A stretch of DNA of 64,000 bases. Source: Nitrospirota bacterium (GTDB taxonomy: Bacteria > Nitrospirota > Thermodesulfovibrionia > Thermodesulfovibrionales > Dissulfurispiraceae). The notes beneath the pieces are model-generated. The model had not been told where the DNA came from and did not search any database. It saw only the letters and a list, made by a program, of their open reading frames with translations. The stretch covers positions 1,664,001 to 1,728,000 of the forward strand of contig CAWBMP010000004.1 in the NCBI GenBank assembly GCA_963790025.1, written 5' to 3'. The position numbers and the translations under genes were made by a program. Shown piece by piece: positions 43,633-53,593 of this stretch (the first letter of the stretch is position 1; each line of letters begins with the position of its first letter).

Positions 43633-44343
43633 ATGAAAATCTATACCGGCACGAGCGGGTACGGGTACACTGAATGGAAAGGAATATTTTATCCTCAAAA
43701 GATCTCGCCCAAGGAAATGCTTCGCTTCTATTCGGGACGTCTCGGCGCGGTTGAGATCAACAATACTTTTTATCACATGCCTACAGAGCGCATTCTGAAG
43801 TCCTGGGCAGAACAGGTCCCCGACGATTTTATTTTCGCGAGCAAAGCCCCTCAGATCATAACGCATCTGAAGCTGTTGAGAAATGTGGGCGAGGAGACAG
43901 AGTACCTTTTCAGGGCACTGTCAGTTTTAGGGAAGAAACTGGGGCCGGTCTTTTTTCAGTTTCCCAGGACTTTCCATGAGGACTACTCTGCGCTAAGAGA
44001 TTTTCTCGATCTGATACCCGGAAATATGTCCTGTGCATTCGAGTTCCGCAGCCCATCCTGGCTCCATGTTGGAATTCTGGACCTCCTTCATGAAAGGGGG
44101 TGCAGCCTGTGCATCGCGGATACTGATGAGAATCCGGCAAATGAGATCATCAATACTGCGCCGTGGGGGTACCTGCGCCTGCGCCGTTCCGATTATGCAG
44201 AGGCTGATCTGTCACAATGGTTGGAAAGGATCCGTTCTCAAAAATGGGAGAAGGCCTTCGTTTTCTTTAAACACGAGGAAGAAGCCAAGGGTCCCCAAAT
44301 GGCTATGCTGTTTCATGAACTTTCAACATTGAAATTGCGATGA
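43633..44343 (+). CDS. DUF72 (YecE/YunF) family protein
   Basis: GTSG..Y..W.G.FYP, VEIN.TFY..P, F.F..KAP..ITH, FQFP, AFEFR..SW and YLRLR. Confidence 0.92.
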   Translation: MKIYTGTSGYGYTEWKGIFYPQKISPKEMLRFYSGRLGAVEINNTFYHMPTERILKSWAEQVPDDFIFASKAPQIITHLKLLRNVGEETEYLFRALSVLGKKLGPVFFQFPRTFHEDYSALRDFLDLIPGNMSCAFEFRSPSWLHVGILDLLHERGCSLCIADTDENPANEIINTAPWGYLRLRRSDYAEADLSQWLERIRSQKWEKAFVFFKHEEEAKGPQMAMLFHELSTLKLR

Positions 44344-44528
44344 TATAAAGTTATGGGAATGAAAGGGCAACATTCATACAGGCTTAATTGGCTATCTTTG
44401 ATAATTGGAAGATAATTTGGGACACATACCAATAAATTGACAGAAAAGGAGATAAGCACTAAAATAGCCTGATGCCTGGAATAGAGGAAGGCCGAAAAAG
44501 AGACTGAAAAAAGCGGAAGAAGTATATA

Positions 44529-44696
44529 ATGGTTCCAAAATGTCCAAAATGCGGTAGCACTGTAAGTGTTGTAACCGATATATCGTATGTTCCTTATGAT
44601 AAAGGTTACGCCACAGGCTACTGCGAAAATCCGGAATGCAAAACAAAGATTCGCATTGAGTACGTTATAACAATTTCGAGATACGAGGCAGAGTGA
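44529..44696 (+). CDS. 55-aa zinc-ribbon microprotein (not in the ORF track)
   Basis: MVPKCPKCGS...GYCENPECKTKIRIEY; upstream TTGACA(44437)-17-TAAAAT(44460). Confidence 0.65.
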   Translation: MVPKCPKCGSTVSVVTDISYVPYDKGYATGYCENPECKTKIRIEYVITISRYEAE

Positions 44697-44821
44697 AGAA
44701 ATTTAGCGAGGTGTGAATTGAGTCATAAACTTTGTACCTGGTGGTTAGGTTATTTGTTGGCAAGTCCATTGATACGCCTCTCGGCAAGGCCCCAGGGCCG
44801 GGTATGCTATAATTACAAGTT

Positions 44822-46102
44822 ATGAGAATTTTAAGGAAAAAGAATGAAATTGAGGCCTTTCTCAACCTGCTCAGGAAACGGGCTGTCGGTGTTGATCCGG
44901 GTATCGAGAAGGCAGTGCGGGCGATACTGGCTGATGTCAGGAAGAGTGGTGATAGTTCGGTCGAAAAATATACCCGCAGGTTCGACAGGCATGATTTGCC
45001 CTTAAAGTTGAAGGCTGCGGAAATAAAAAAATATGCGGCAAAGGCTGATAAAAATATTGTCAAGGCGCTGGAAGTCTCTGCAACCAGGATCAGGAGTTTT
45101 CATGAAAAACAAAGGGAGCTGTCATGGTCATATGAGCTGGATGGTGAAGTACTGGGGCAGATAATCAGACCGCTTGCCCGTGTAGGGGTCTATGTGCCAG
45201 GCGGCAAGGCGTCATACCCGTCAACAGTATTGATGAATGTGATTCCCGCGCAGGTGGCAGGGGTGGACGAAATTGCCCTGTGCGTGCCCACTCCTGGGGG
45301 AGAAATAAACCCTTATGTTATGGCTGCAATAGAGCTTCTCGGAGTACGTGAGGTGTACAGGATAGGCGGGGCCCAGGCTGTCGGCGCCATGGCCTGCGGT
45401 ACAAAGACCATAAATAAAGTGGATAAAATAGTCGGCCCCGGAAATATTTACGTGGCGCTGGCAAAAAAATTTGTATACGGCGAAGTGGCAATTGACATGA
45501 TTGCGGGTCCGAGTGAGATATTGATAATAGCCGATGCAACAGCAAACCCCGCTTTTGTTGCAGCAGATATATTAAGCCAGGCTGAGCATGATGAGCTTGC
45601 TTCCAGCGTTTTGATAACTGATTCTGAGAGGCTCATAAGCGAAGTGGTCTTTGAGCTTCAAAAGCAGATCAAGTGCTTAAAGAGAATGGAAATCACAAAG
45701 AGATCGTTAAAACGGTTTGGCGCTATGATCCTGACCAAAGACATCAGAAAGGCCGCTGACATTGCGAACAGTATAGCGCCCGAGCATCTTGAGATTATGA
45801 CAGGGAGCCCTGAAAAAGTCCTTGATTTTATTCATAATGCTGGTGCTGTCTTCCTGGGTCCCTGGACGCCTGAACCCTTGGGCGATTATGCGGCAGGACC
45901 TAATCACACTCTTCCCACCGGGGGCACCGCCAGGTTTTCATCACCACTAGGCGTGTATGATTTTATCAAAAGAATGAGTCTCTTGGAATTTAACAGGAAG
46001 AGTTTTATGCGACTGGCGCAAACGGTAGAGAAGATCGCCGGAGTTGAAGGTCTTGAGGCACATGCCAATACAATCAGGATCAGGCGAGCAGCAGTTCAAT
46101 AA
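44822..46102 (+). CDS. hisD: Histidinol dehydrogenase
   Basis: YVPGGKASYPSTVLM, GGAQA, IDMIAGPSE, QAEHD, APEHLE and GDY.AGPNH.LPT. Confidence 0.97.
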   Translation: MRILRKKNEIEAFLNLLRKRAVGVDPGIEKAVRAILADVRKSGDSSVEKYTRRFDRHDLPLKLKAAEIKKYAAKADKNIVKALEVSATRIRSFHEKQRELSWSYELDGEVLGQIIRPLARVGVYVPGGKASYPSTVLMNVIPAQVAGVDEIALCVPTPGGEINPYVMAAIELLGVREVYRIGGAQAVGAMACGTKTINKVDKIVGPGNIYVALAKKFVYGEVAIDMIAGPSEILIIADATANPAFVAADILSQAEHDELASSVLITDSERLISEVVFELQKQIKCLKRMEITKRSLKRFGAMILTKDIRKAADIANSIAPEHLEIMTGSPEKVLDFIHNAGAVFLGPWTPEPLGDYAAGPNHTLPTGGTARFSSPLGVYDFIKRMSLLEFNRKSFMRLAQTVEKIAGVEGLEAHANTIRIRRAAVQ

Positions 46103-46391
46103 TTCTATATCCGCCACAGGGAGGATGTGAACCGTCCTCCCTGAAATCACATCCGTCAACCAGAAAATCGCATTTCTCGCAGACAACCTTTTTTATCTCA
46201 TCATCCGCTGTAAAAGTATATTCTGCCGGACGCTCGCAGGCTTTTGACAAGCTAAGGATTGACCGGAGTTCGCCAGGCGTAAGATTATTTCTGAGAAACA
46301 GATAAGTGCCGCAGTAGAGGTCCTCTTTGCCCTCTTTGTAAAATTGACAGAAATTTTTGCAGATTATGCAGGTATAGTCCTTGTCTTTCAT
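46080..46391 (-). CDS. Cys-rich hypothetical protein
   Basis: CIIC..FC....C and CEKCDF..DGCDF....PPCGG; ATGA-coupled to cutA. Confidence 0.7.
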   Translation of the reverse strand: MKDKDYTCIICKNFCQFYKEGKEDLYCGTYLFLRNNLTPGELRSILSLSKACERPAEYTFTADDEIKKVVCEKCDFLVDGCDFREDGSHPPCGGYRIIELLLA

Positions 46392-46705
46392 AATCCGGTA
46401 ACTTCTTCAAGCCACTTGAGGTAGTCTTCGGAACCTTCAACAACCGGCAACGCAATCACCTCTGGAATTGTGTAGCTGTGCAGTTCCTTTACTCTCTTTT
46501 CAAGCGATTCAAAAAGATGTTTCCGTGTTTTGATAATCATTAGGACCTCCGTATCGTCCTCAATCTTGTCCTTCCAGCGGTAAATGGAGCGCACATGGCT
46601 GACGATATTTACACAGGCTGCGAGCCGCTCTTCTACGAGCGATCGAGCAATCCTTGCGCCCTCTTCCTCATTAGGCGCCGTAATATATATGATAAGAGCT
46701 TCCAT
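46388..46705 (-). CDS. cutA: Divalent-cation tolerance protein CutA
   Basis: LVEERLAACVN, SIY.W, E....IKT and HSY..PE.I. Confidence 0.95.
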   Translation of the reverse strand: MEALIIYITAPNEEEGARIARSLVEERLAACVNIVSHVRSIYRWKDKIEDDTEVLMIIKTRKHLFESLEKRVKELHSYTIPEVIALPVVEGSEDYLKWLEEVTGL

Positions 46706-46714
46706 AAAGCCTCC

Positions 46715-47848
46715 TCAGCAAACAACATTCATCACGCCGTTTTTCAGCAGACAAATGCTTGAGTTATCTTTTGCAACGAGTGTAACTGTAGGCTTGAAAA
46801 AGACAAAATCCTGATGAAAGGGGGCCCTTATTTTGCCTCCGAAAGAACTGTTATCACCCAACGCAATATGTATGGTCCCTGATATCTTTTCAGATTCGAG
46901 GATGTTGTCGGGTCTTTTTGCCCTGTCATTGGTGCCGATACCGAACTCGGCAACGTTCCTGTTCTCCGGCCTATCGTCGAGTTTTGCCCTTAGGACCGTC
47001 GCGTAGGGGTCATCCCCTGACACCTCCTGCACAAGGCCATCTTTAATCAGCAGGGTTACCGCTTTATTTAACCGTCGGGTCGGGGCCCATTCCAGGACCA
47101 GGATACCTTGAGCGGTCCCCTCAAGGGGAGCAAAAAAGACCTCTCCGGCCGGGAGGTTCCCGAATGCCCCGACTTTGGTAAGTATGCCGGTATCAGCCAG
47201 CGCCTTTCGGCCTTTTTTTGATACGGTAAGATTAGAGCCGTTGGGAGTGGCCACATTCAGCGTTTCCGCACTGTTGACCACCTTTGCCATTGCCAGGGTC
47301 TTTTTTGACAGGGCCTTCCAGTCAGCCATCATCGGGCCCTCGAACATGTCCATATCAAATAGGGGCATGCTGGCATAACGGCTGCCGCACAGGCCCGTTA
47401 AAAAATTTCTGAACTGGGTATGACTTGTAGAGTAATTGGAAAGGGCAATTACGGCATCAACTGCGGAATTCTTATGTTTGCTGATAATACCTTCCGCCTT
47501 AACTGTCTCTTCTGCGGCAAGCGTCTTCTCTATAAGCGCATCGAGAAGGCCTGCTTTTTTTAACTCGTTAATCGCCCTGTCACCAAAGGCGCTGCGCCAT
47601 AGGTCCTCAGGCGGTTCTGCACCGTGGCTTCCCGTGGCTGCAAATTCATGATAGAGGATTTTTTTAGCATACGCCTTACCGATCTCAGAGGCCAAAAGCG
47701 CTATGTCCCTGAGCCGTTCCCTTCTGCAGCATTCCTGCTCATTGACCTCTTCCGCTCCTGAAAGGGAGTCCGTAAAGACCAACACCCGTTCATGGCGCCG
47801 GATTCCGAGATTAGCTGTAAAGATGGACCTGATTGCTGAAGTAATCAT
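46715..47848 (-). CDS. M29-family (thermophilic) aminopeptidase
   Basis: GNLPAGEV, AEFGIGTN, EK..GT.HIALGDN and H.D. Confidence 0.85.
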   Translation of the reverse strand: MITSAIRSIFTANLGIRRHERVLVFTDSLSGAEEVNEQECCRRERLRDIALLASEIGKAYAKKILYHEFAATGSHGAEPPEDLWRSAFGDRAINELKKAGLLDALIEKTLAAEETVKAEGIISKHKNSAVDAVIALSNYSTSHTQFRNFLTGLCGSRYASMPLFDMDMFEGPMMADWKALSKKTLAMAKVVNSAETLNVATPNGSNLTVSKKGRKALADTGILTKVGAFGNLPAGEVFFAPLEGTAQGILVLEWAPTRRLNKAVTLLIKDGLVQEVSGDDPYATVLRAKLDDRPENRNVAEFGIGTNDRAKRPDNILESEKISGTIHIALGDNSSFGGKIRAPFHQDFVFFKPTVTLVAKDNSSICLLKNGVMNVVC

Positions 47849-47870
47849 GGCACTCCTGCAGCCTCGTTAA

Positions 47871-49304
47871 TTATGCGAAAGCCAATTCCATCTGCTCGTT
47901 TTGCATCCCTGGGAATTCAATAGGATATTTGTTATCGAAGCAGGCAGTGCAAAAATTTTCGGGATTGGGGATGACTTTCTTCAGGCCGTCAATGCTCATA
48001 TAGGCAAGGCTGTCTGCGGTTATATACTTTCTTATCTCTTCGGTAAGGTGGCTTGAGGCGATGAGCTCGTATCGTGTAGGTGTATCTATACCATAGAAGC
48101 AGGGGCCTACAGTCGGGGGGGAGCATATTCTCATGTGTACCTCTTTTGCGCCCCCGATTTCCCTGATCATTTTTACTATCTTCTTGCTCGTAGTGCCGCG
48201 AACAATGGAGTCGTCGACAACGACCACACGTTTCCCCTGTAAAAGGTCCCGTACCGCGTTGAGTTTTATTTTCACCCCGAAATGCCGGATGGTTTGTTTG
48301 GGCTCTATAAACGTCCTCCCTATGTAGTGGTTTCTTATGAGTCCGAAATCAAAAGGTATGTTTGACTGTTCTGCAAAGCCGATAGCCGCAGGTACTCCTG
48401 AATCGGGAACAGGCACTACAATGTCAGCGTCAATATAGGATTCCAGGGCCAGTTGCCTCCCTAAGCTCTTGCGCACGGTGTTTACGCATGAATGGTTGAA
48501 AATATAACTGTCGGGGCGGGCAAAGTATATATATTCAAAAACACAATGGGCCTTTCGTGGGCTTTGCAGCGCCCTTACTGAACGCAGACCGTTTTGGTCT
48601 ATTACGACCAATTCGCCCGGTTCCACGTCTCTTATATACTCGGCGCCGATCAGATCAAACGCGCAGGTCTCAGAGGCAGCAACATAAGCCCCGTCTACAG
48701 TACCGATGGAAAGAGGTCTGACGCCATAAGGGTCCCGCGCAATGATCATTTCGGATTCCCTGAGGAACAGAAGGCTGTATGCGCCGCTTACATTGCCGAG
48801 AGCTTCAATAATACGTTCGTATGGGTTCTCGTACCTTGATCGTGCAATCAGATGGAGGAGCACTTCGCTGTCTGATGACGAATGGAAGATGGCCCCTTCA
48901 GTCTCAAGTGTCGACCTTACCTGCTCGGCGTTGACCAAGTTACCGTTGTGAGCGAGGGCTATGGAGCCGAGTGCGTAGTTTGCCATGAGGGGTTGGACAT
49001 TCTTGAGTCCGCCGCCCCCGGCTGTTGAATACCGGTTATGACCTATGGCAATTGAACCGGGCAGACGTTTCAGCCGCTTCTCGCTGAAGACGTCTGCTAC
49101 GAGGCCGAGTGACCTTTCGCAATAGAGGTCCTTGCCGTCGGAAGAACAAATGCCGGCCCCTTCCTGGCCGCGGTGCTGCTGGGCATAAAGTCCGAGATAT
49201 GTAAGATTTGCTGCTTCTGGATGGTTAAAAACTCCGAATATGCCGCATTCTTCATGAATATCATGAATGGGCAAGGCACGTAGCCTGTAACATCTCGGTT
49301 TCAT
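47871..49304 (-). CDS. purF: Amidophosphoribosyltransferase (start uncertain)
   Basis: Propeptide-EECGIFG, QHRGQE, HNRYST, PVPDSG, VDDSIVRGTTS, CFYGIDTP and CTACF. Confidence 0.97.
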   Translation of the reverse strand: MKPRCYRLRALPIHDIHEECGIFGVFNHPEAANLTYLGLYAQQHRGQEGAGICSSDGKDLYCERSLGLVADVFSEKRLKRLPGSIAIGHNRYSTAGGGGLKNVQPLMANYALGSIALAHNGNLVNAEQVRSTLETEGAIFHSSSDSEVLLHLIARSRYENPYERIIEALGNVSGAYSLLFLRESEMIIARDPYGVRPLSIGTVDGAYVAASETCAFDLIGAEYIRDVEPGELVVIDQNGLRSVRALQSPRKAHCVFEYIYFARPDSYIFNHSCVNTVRKSLGRQLALESYIDADIVVPVPDSGVPAAIGFAEQSNIPFDFGLIRNHYIGRTFIEPKQTIRHFGVKIKLNAVRDLLQGKRVVVVDDSIVRGTTSKKIVKMIREIGGAKEVHMRICSPPTVGPCFYGIDTPTRYELIASSHLTEEIRKYITADSLAYMSIDGLKKVIPNPENFCTACFDNKYPIEFPGMQNEQMELAFA

Positions 49305-49433
49305 ACAATTAAACTCTCTTTAATCGTGCCATGACGCTCATGGGCATGATCTGCATAGGGACATTAGAGAAATATCCCGTGCTCATCTATAATATAAGAA
49401 ACATCCAATTTTTATTTATTTTAACATAAACAG

Positions 49434-51446
49434 ATGGGTGAATTTAAATTAAAGACCGACTTCACTCCCAAAGGAGACCAGCCGAAGGCGATAGATGAGT
49501 TGACCGGAGGGGTAATCAAGGGCCTCAGGCAGCAGGTACTTCTCGGCGTCACCGGTTCGGGCAAGACATTTACTATTGCACATGTTATTGCCAATCTGGG
49601 CAAACCGGCCCTTATAATTGCGCACAACAAGGCGCTGGCAGCACAACTGTATGGAGAATTCAAAGAGTTGTTCCCGGAGAACGCAGTGGAGTTTTTCGTG
49701 AGCTATTATGACTACTATCAGCCTGAAGCCTATCTCCCGACCACGGACACCTATATAGAGAAAGATTCCTTGGTGAATGACGATATAGACCGGCTCAGGC
49801 ATTCCGCCACAATGTCTATCCTGGAAAGAAAAGATGTTATTGTTGTTGCTTCTGTGTCCTGTATTTACGGTATTGGCTCACCCGAAGATTACCTTGGCAT
49901 GCAGATATTTCTCGAGGAGGGCATGAGGACCGGAAGGGACGAACTTTTACGGCGGCTCGTGGACATCCTTTATGTACGGTCTGATGCGGAGTTTAAGAGG
50001 GGTAATTTCAGGGTGCGGGGCGATATGGTTGAAGTCTACCCGGCATTTTATCATGACAGGGCAGTGAGGATAGATTTCTTTGGTGATGATATAGATGGGC
50101 TTTACGAGTTTGATACTTTAACCGGCGAGCGGATAAGGAGGCTCCACAAACTGACCATATACCCGAACAGCCACTGGATAACCCCTGAAGAGAAATTGAA
50201 AAAGGCTTTCAAGGGTATAGAAAAAGAAGTGGAGGAACAAACCAGGTATTTCAGGAACCGGGGAGAGATCGCCTTGGCTCAGAGGATTGAGCAGCGGACA
50301 CGCTTTGATCTGGAGATGCTTAAAGAGTTCGGCTATTGCCACGGAATTGAAAACTATTCCAGGCATCTGAGCGGAAGGCTTCCGGGTGAGCCTCCTTATA
50401 CCCTGATCGACTACCTGATCAGCGGGCCGGCAAAAGGTGATTTTGTCATGATAATCGATGAGTCGCACGCAACAGTGCCGCAGATAGGCGGCATGTATGA
50501 GGGCGACCGCTCGAGAAAACAAACGCTTGTGGATTACGGCTTCAGACTCCCTTCCGCCCTGGACAACAGGCCGCTGCGCTTTCAGGAGTTCGAGGCCCGC
50601 ATGCGCCAGACGATTTATGTATCTGCAACCCCAAGCAATTACGAACTGGAAAAATCCGGGGGCAGGGTAACAGAGCAGGTTATTCGGCCTACAGGGCTTA
50701 TGGACCCCAAGATGACAGTCCGGCCTGTAAGTGGACAGGTTGACGACCTTCTTGGAGAGATACGCAAGAGGGCTCAAAAGGGAGAGCGGGTGCTGGTCAC
50801 CACGCTTACTAAGAAAATGGCCGAAGACCTTACCGATTATTATACGGAAATCGGCGCCAGGGCCCGGTATCTCCATTCCGACATCGATACACTCGAAAGA
50901 ATAGAGATATTGCGGGACCTTCGGCTGGGCGCCTTCGATGTGCTGATAGGGGTCAACCTGCTTAGGGAGGGACTCGATCTTCCCGAGGTATCGCTTGTCG
51001 CCATCTTTGACGCCGACAAGGAGGGATTTCTCCGGTCCGAGCGTTCGCTTATCCAGACTGCAGGCCGGGCTGCGCGGAACATCAACGGAGAGGTGATCCT
51101 GTATGGCGATGCAATAACACGCTCTATGAAGAAGGCCCTTGATGAGACCGAGCGGAGAAGGAAACTGCAGGCAGCGTACAATAAAAAGATGAAGATCACG
51201 CCTGAAACAATAAAAAGCAGTATTAAAGATATACTGGGCTCTATCTACGAGTCCGATTATTATACGGTGGCTGCCGTGGCAGAAGAGACGGCTGTTTACG
51301 ATCTGAATGAGGACGCAGTTAAAAACCTGGAAAAAGAGATGAAAGAGGCGGCTAAAAAGCTGGATTTCGAGCATGCAGCGGAACTCAGGGATAAGGTCAA
51401 ACGTATCAGAGAGAGGATACTTTTTTCGAACACAGGCAGTAAGTAA
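49434..51446 (+). CDS. uvrB: Excinuclease ABC subunit B
   Basis: [41 protein letters not shown] and a C-terminal UVR motif. Confidence 0.98.
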   Translation: MGEFKLKTDFTPKGDQPKAIDELTGGVIKGLRQQVLLGVTGSGKTFTIAHVIANLGKPALIIAHNKALAAQLYGEFKELFPENAVEFFVSYYDYYQPEAYLPTTDTYIEKDSLVNDDIDRLRHSATMSILERKDVIVVASVSCIYGIGSPEDYLGMQIFLEEGMRTGRDELLRRLVDILYVRSDAEFKRGNFRVRGDMVEVYPAFYHDRAVRIDFFGDDIDGLYEFDTLTGERIRRLHKLTIYPNSHWITPEEKLKKAFKGIEKEVEEQTRYFRNRGEIALAQRIEQRTRFDLEMLKEFGYCHGIENYSRHLSGRLPGEPPYTLIDYLISGPAKGDFVMIIDESHATVPQIGGMYEGDRSRKQTLVDYGFRLPSALDNRPLRFQEFEARMRQTIYVSATPSNYELEKSGGRVTEQVIRPTGLMDPKMTVRPVSGQVDDLLGEIRKRAQKGERVLVTTLTKKMAEDLTDYYTEIGARARYLHSDIDTLERIEILRDLRLGAFDVLIGVNLLREGLDLPEVSLVAIFDADKEGFLRSERSLIQTAGRAARNINGEVILYGDAITRSMKKALDETERRRKLQAAYNKKMKITPETIKSSIKDILGSIYESDYYTVAAVAEETAVYDLNEDAVKNLEKEMKEAAKKLDFEHAAELRDKVKRIRERILFSNTGSK

Positions 51447-51623
51447 GATGCCGGCGAATAAATGACTTGTGCATTCAGGCGCTCAGATCTCAGGATTTCA
51501 AGCAACACTTCAAGCCAGGAATATGCACGTTGTAAAATCAAACTATTATATTATATACTTTGACAGGAAAATATTCCTTTGCCTTAGCCCGATCTCAAAC
51601 CCGTCCCGGTATGGAGGCGGTTT

Positions 51624-52532
51624 ATGTACCATGCGTTAAGACCGAATTATGGCCACTTTTGGTACCTAATCAAAATTTCTTTTATCTTTATGATTTCAGC
51701 GGTTGTTACTATTGCTTATGGCGGTATCTGGTGGAATCATTATAGAACAAATACTGCTCCCGATGAGCCGTTTATAATTGAAATACCATCACAGTCAGCT
51801 GACAGTGGGTATTATGAGGCAAAAAAAATATCGCTGGTTGAAATTCAAAAAACGCAGGAATACCATTCTAAGCTATTTGATAATGGATATGGATTAAAGC
51901 TGGAGGAGCTAAAGAATAAGCCTCTCGTAGAAGAGATTATAGAGACTTTATCGGTAGAGTCGAAGCGGTCAGGAAATATGCCTTATGTTAAATCAGGCGT
52001 GGATAGTGATGAAATGACTATTAGGTCTCGACATAATAGAGAATTGTCTTCAGCGATAAAAGAAGTGAAGCAGCAACCGGAATTATCAGTTGATTCACAG
52101 CCGGGTAAAGATGCGGAAAATGTCGATAGTAATAATCCGCCGCACAATTCAAACGGCAGGCATCGTTTGCCGGAAATAGTTTTATCGGCTGATGAAATGT
52201 TATTAATGATGTTTCCCCAGGCTCAATTCATACCACAGGAAGAGAGGGTGATTCGTGAGGTTCCTGATCCCAGATTCACGGATCCGGCTGTCTTGTTGTC
52301 TGAACCTTATCATGAGGGCGATAAGGATAAGGCATCTGGACCTGCCGCGGACGAGAAAAGTGCCGACAAACATGCTTCCGCTGGTAAAAATGGCTTGGTT
52401 TTAGCGGAGATTATCATAAAGTCTCTTCCCGGCTTATTAACGATCGTGGTTTACGGTCCGGTGAATAAAAGACAACTTTGCTTGGCCGAATGGACGCGTA
52501 GAAAGCGTCGCAAGATGTCAAGAAAAGGATAA
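51624..52532 (+). CDS. Hypothetical membrane-anchored protein
   Basis: SD GGAGG, N-terminal TM, low-complexity middle and basic C-tail. Confidence 0.55.
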   Translation: MYHALRPNYGHFWYLIKISFIFMISAVVTIAYGGIWWNHYRTNTAPDEPFIIEIPSQSADSGYYEAKKISLVEIQKTQEYHSKLFDNGYGLKLEELKNKPLVEEIIETLSVESKRSGNMPYVKSGVDSDEMTIRSRHNRELSSAIKEVKQQPELSVDSQPGKDAENVDSNNPPHNSNGRHRLPEIVLSADEMLLMMFPQAQFIPQEERVIREVPDPRFTDPAVLLSEPYHEGDKDKASGPAADEKSADKHASAGKNGLVLAEIIIKSLPGLLTIVVYGPVNKRQLCLAEWTRRKRRKMSRKG

Positions 52533-52533
52533 T

Positions 52534-52908
52534 ATGATGCGAACCATATTTTTTTTTCTTGTTCTAGTATTCATGTCGAACGTTGCATATAGTGCTACTC
52601 CGTATTGTGTTCAGTATCTGGATGGTAAAAAAAACAGTTCCTTCCAACCCCATCCTTATTTCAAAGAAAGTTATGTGGGAGCATGTGAATTTGAGGATGG
52701 TCTGGGCTTAGATTATATTGTCAAAGATCTTAGCCAAAAAAGCGATTTGAAATGCATTATTGACGTCCCAGGCAAGCCTGATATGCATATTGTATTCGAG
52801 GATACTGAACAATTATCGAAGGAGTTGCTAAAACTTAATAGTTCATATGATGCAAGGTGTGCAGGAAAAGGTCTCCGTCTTGTTTCGATATTTCAAAAGA
52901 GGAAATAG
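52534..52908 (+). CDS. Hypothetical secreted protein (4 Cys)
   Basis: Signal peptide MRTIFFFLVLVFMSNVAYS-A; starts 1 nt after the previous stop. Confidence 0.6.
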   Translation: MMRTIFFFLVLVFMSNVAYSATPYCVQYLDGKKNSSFQPHPYFKESYVGACEFEDGLGLDYIVKDLSQKSDLKCIIDVPGKPDMHIVFEDTEQLSKELLKLNSSYDARCAGKGLRLVSIFQKRK

Positions 52909-52945
52909 GAGGGAAGAGTTGGAGCCGGATCCATACGCTTTCATG

Positions 52946-53497
52946 TTATTTAATTCTTTTAGAAATCGCCTTGAATTCTTCTGTTCCGGCGACCTTTAAC
53001 AACTGAAACAGGACGGTTTCGGTGGACGTAACAAGGGCGCCGGCATCGCGCATGAATTCAGTGCCTACCTCCCAGTTTTCCCCGGTCCTTGAGCATACGG
53101 CATCCCGGACAAGATGCACGGTAAACTCCTCTTCCAGAAGGCCGACGCACGTTTGCAGAACGCATATATGTGTTTCCATGCCGGTGAGGATGACCGTTTT
53201 CTTGTTGAGCGCCTTAATTGTTCTCATGAAGGCCGGCTCCCCGCAGCAACCGAAGGCAAGTTTTTCGACCGGCTGATAGGCAGGAAGGGCGTCCCGTATT
53301 TCGGCTACTGTCTGTCCGAGTCCTTTGGGATACTGCTCTGACACCAGTATGGGGATGTTCAGCATCTTTGCAAGCTCGATCAGATGCAGGCAATTATTAA
53401 CCACGGCATCTCTCATGCTCATGGTTACGGCAAGCCTGTCCTGAATATCGACAATCAGCAGTACACTTTTATTCCTGTCAGGAAAAAAATTATTCAT
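52946..53497 (-). CDS. Isochorismatase-family (YcaC-like) cysteine hydrolase
   Basis: LLIVDIQ, SEQYPKGLG.T, K..F and G.ETHICVLQT. ATG 53497 follows a TGgTATAAT box. Confidence 0.92.
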   Translation of the reverse strand: MNNFFPDRNKSVLLIVDIQDRLAVTMSMRDAVVNNCLHLIELAKMLNIPILVSEQYPKGLGQTVAEIRDALPAYQPVEKLAFGCCGEPAFMRTIKALNKKTVILTGMETHICVLQTCVGLLEEEFTVHLVRDAVCSRTGENWEVGTEFMRDAGALVTSTETVLFQLLKVAGTEEFKAISKRIK

Positions 53498-53593
53498 TTT
53501 TTGATTATACCACATCAAATTTCATTATCAAAGAACTTAACAACAGCCGACGATAGGGGCCTCGAGCCAGACACGGAGGCACAGAGGAAAAAA

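Noticed and set aside
44392..44646. 84-aa minus-strand ORF
   Set aside because: No motifs. The overlapping plus-strand zinc-ribbon ORF has a promoter and Cys pairs.
44758..44773. Sigma-54-like TGGCAAGTCCATTGAT upstream of hisD
   Set aside because: The invariant -12 GC is GA, and an extended -10 explains hisD better.
49323..49350. Hairpin ATCGTGCCATGA-CGC-TCATGGGCATGAT upstream of purF as a purine/ZTP riboswitch
   Set aside because: A single hairpin with none of the conserved riboswitch core that I can identify.
50118..51374. 418-aa minus-strand ORF
   Set aside because: Antisense shadow of uvrB.
53566..53590. ACACGGAGGCACAGAG short repeat
   Set aside because: Only a half element of two units, too short to call a repeat family member.
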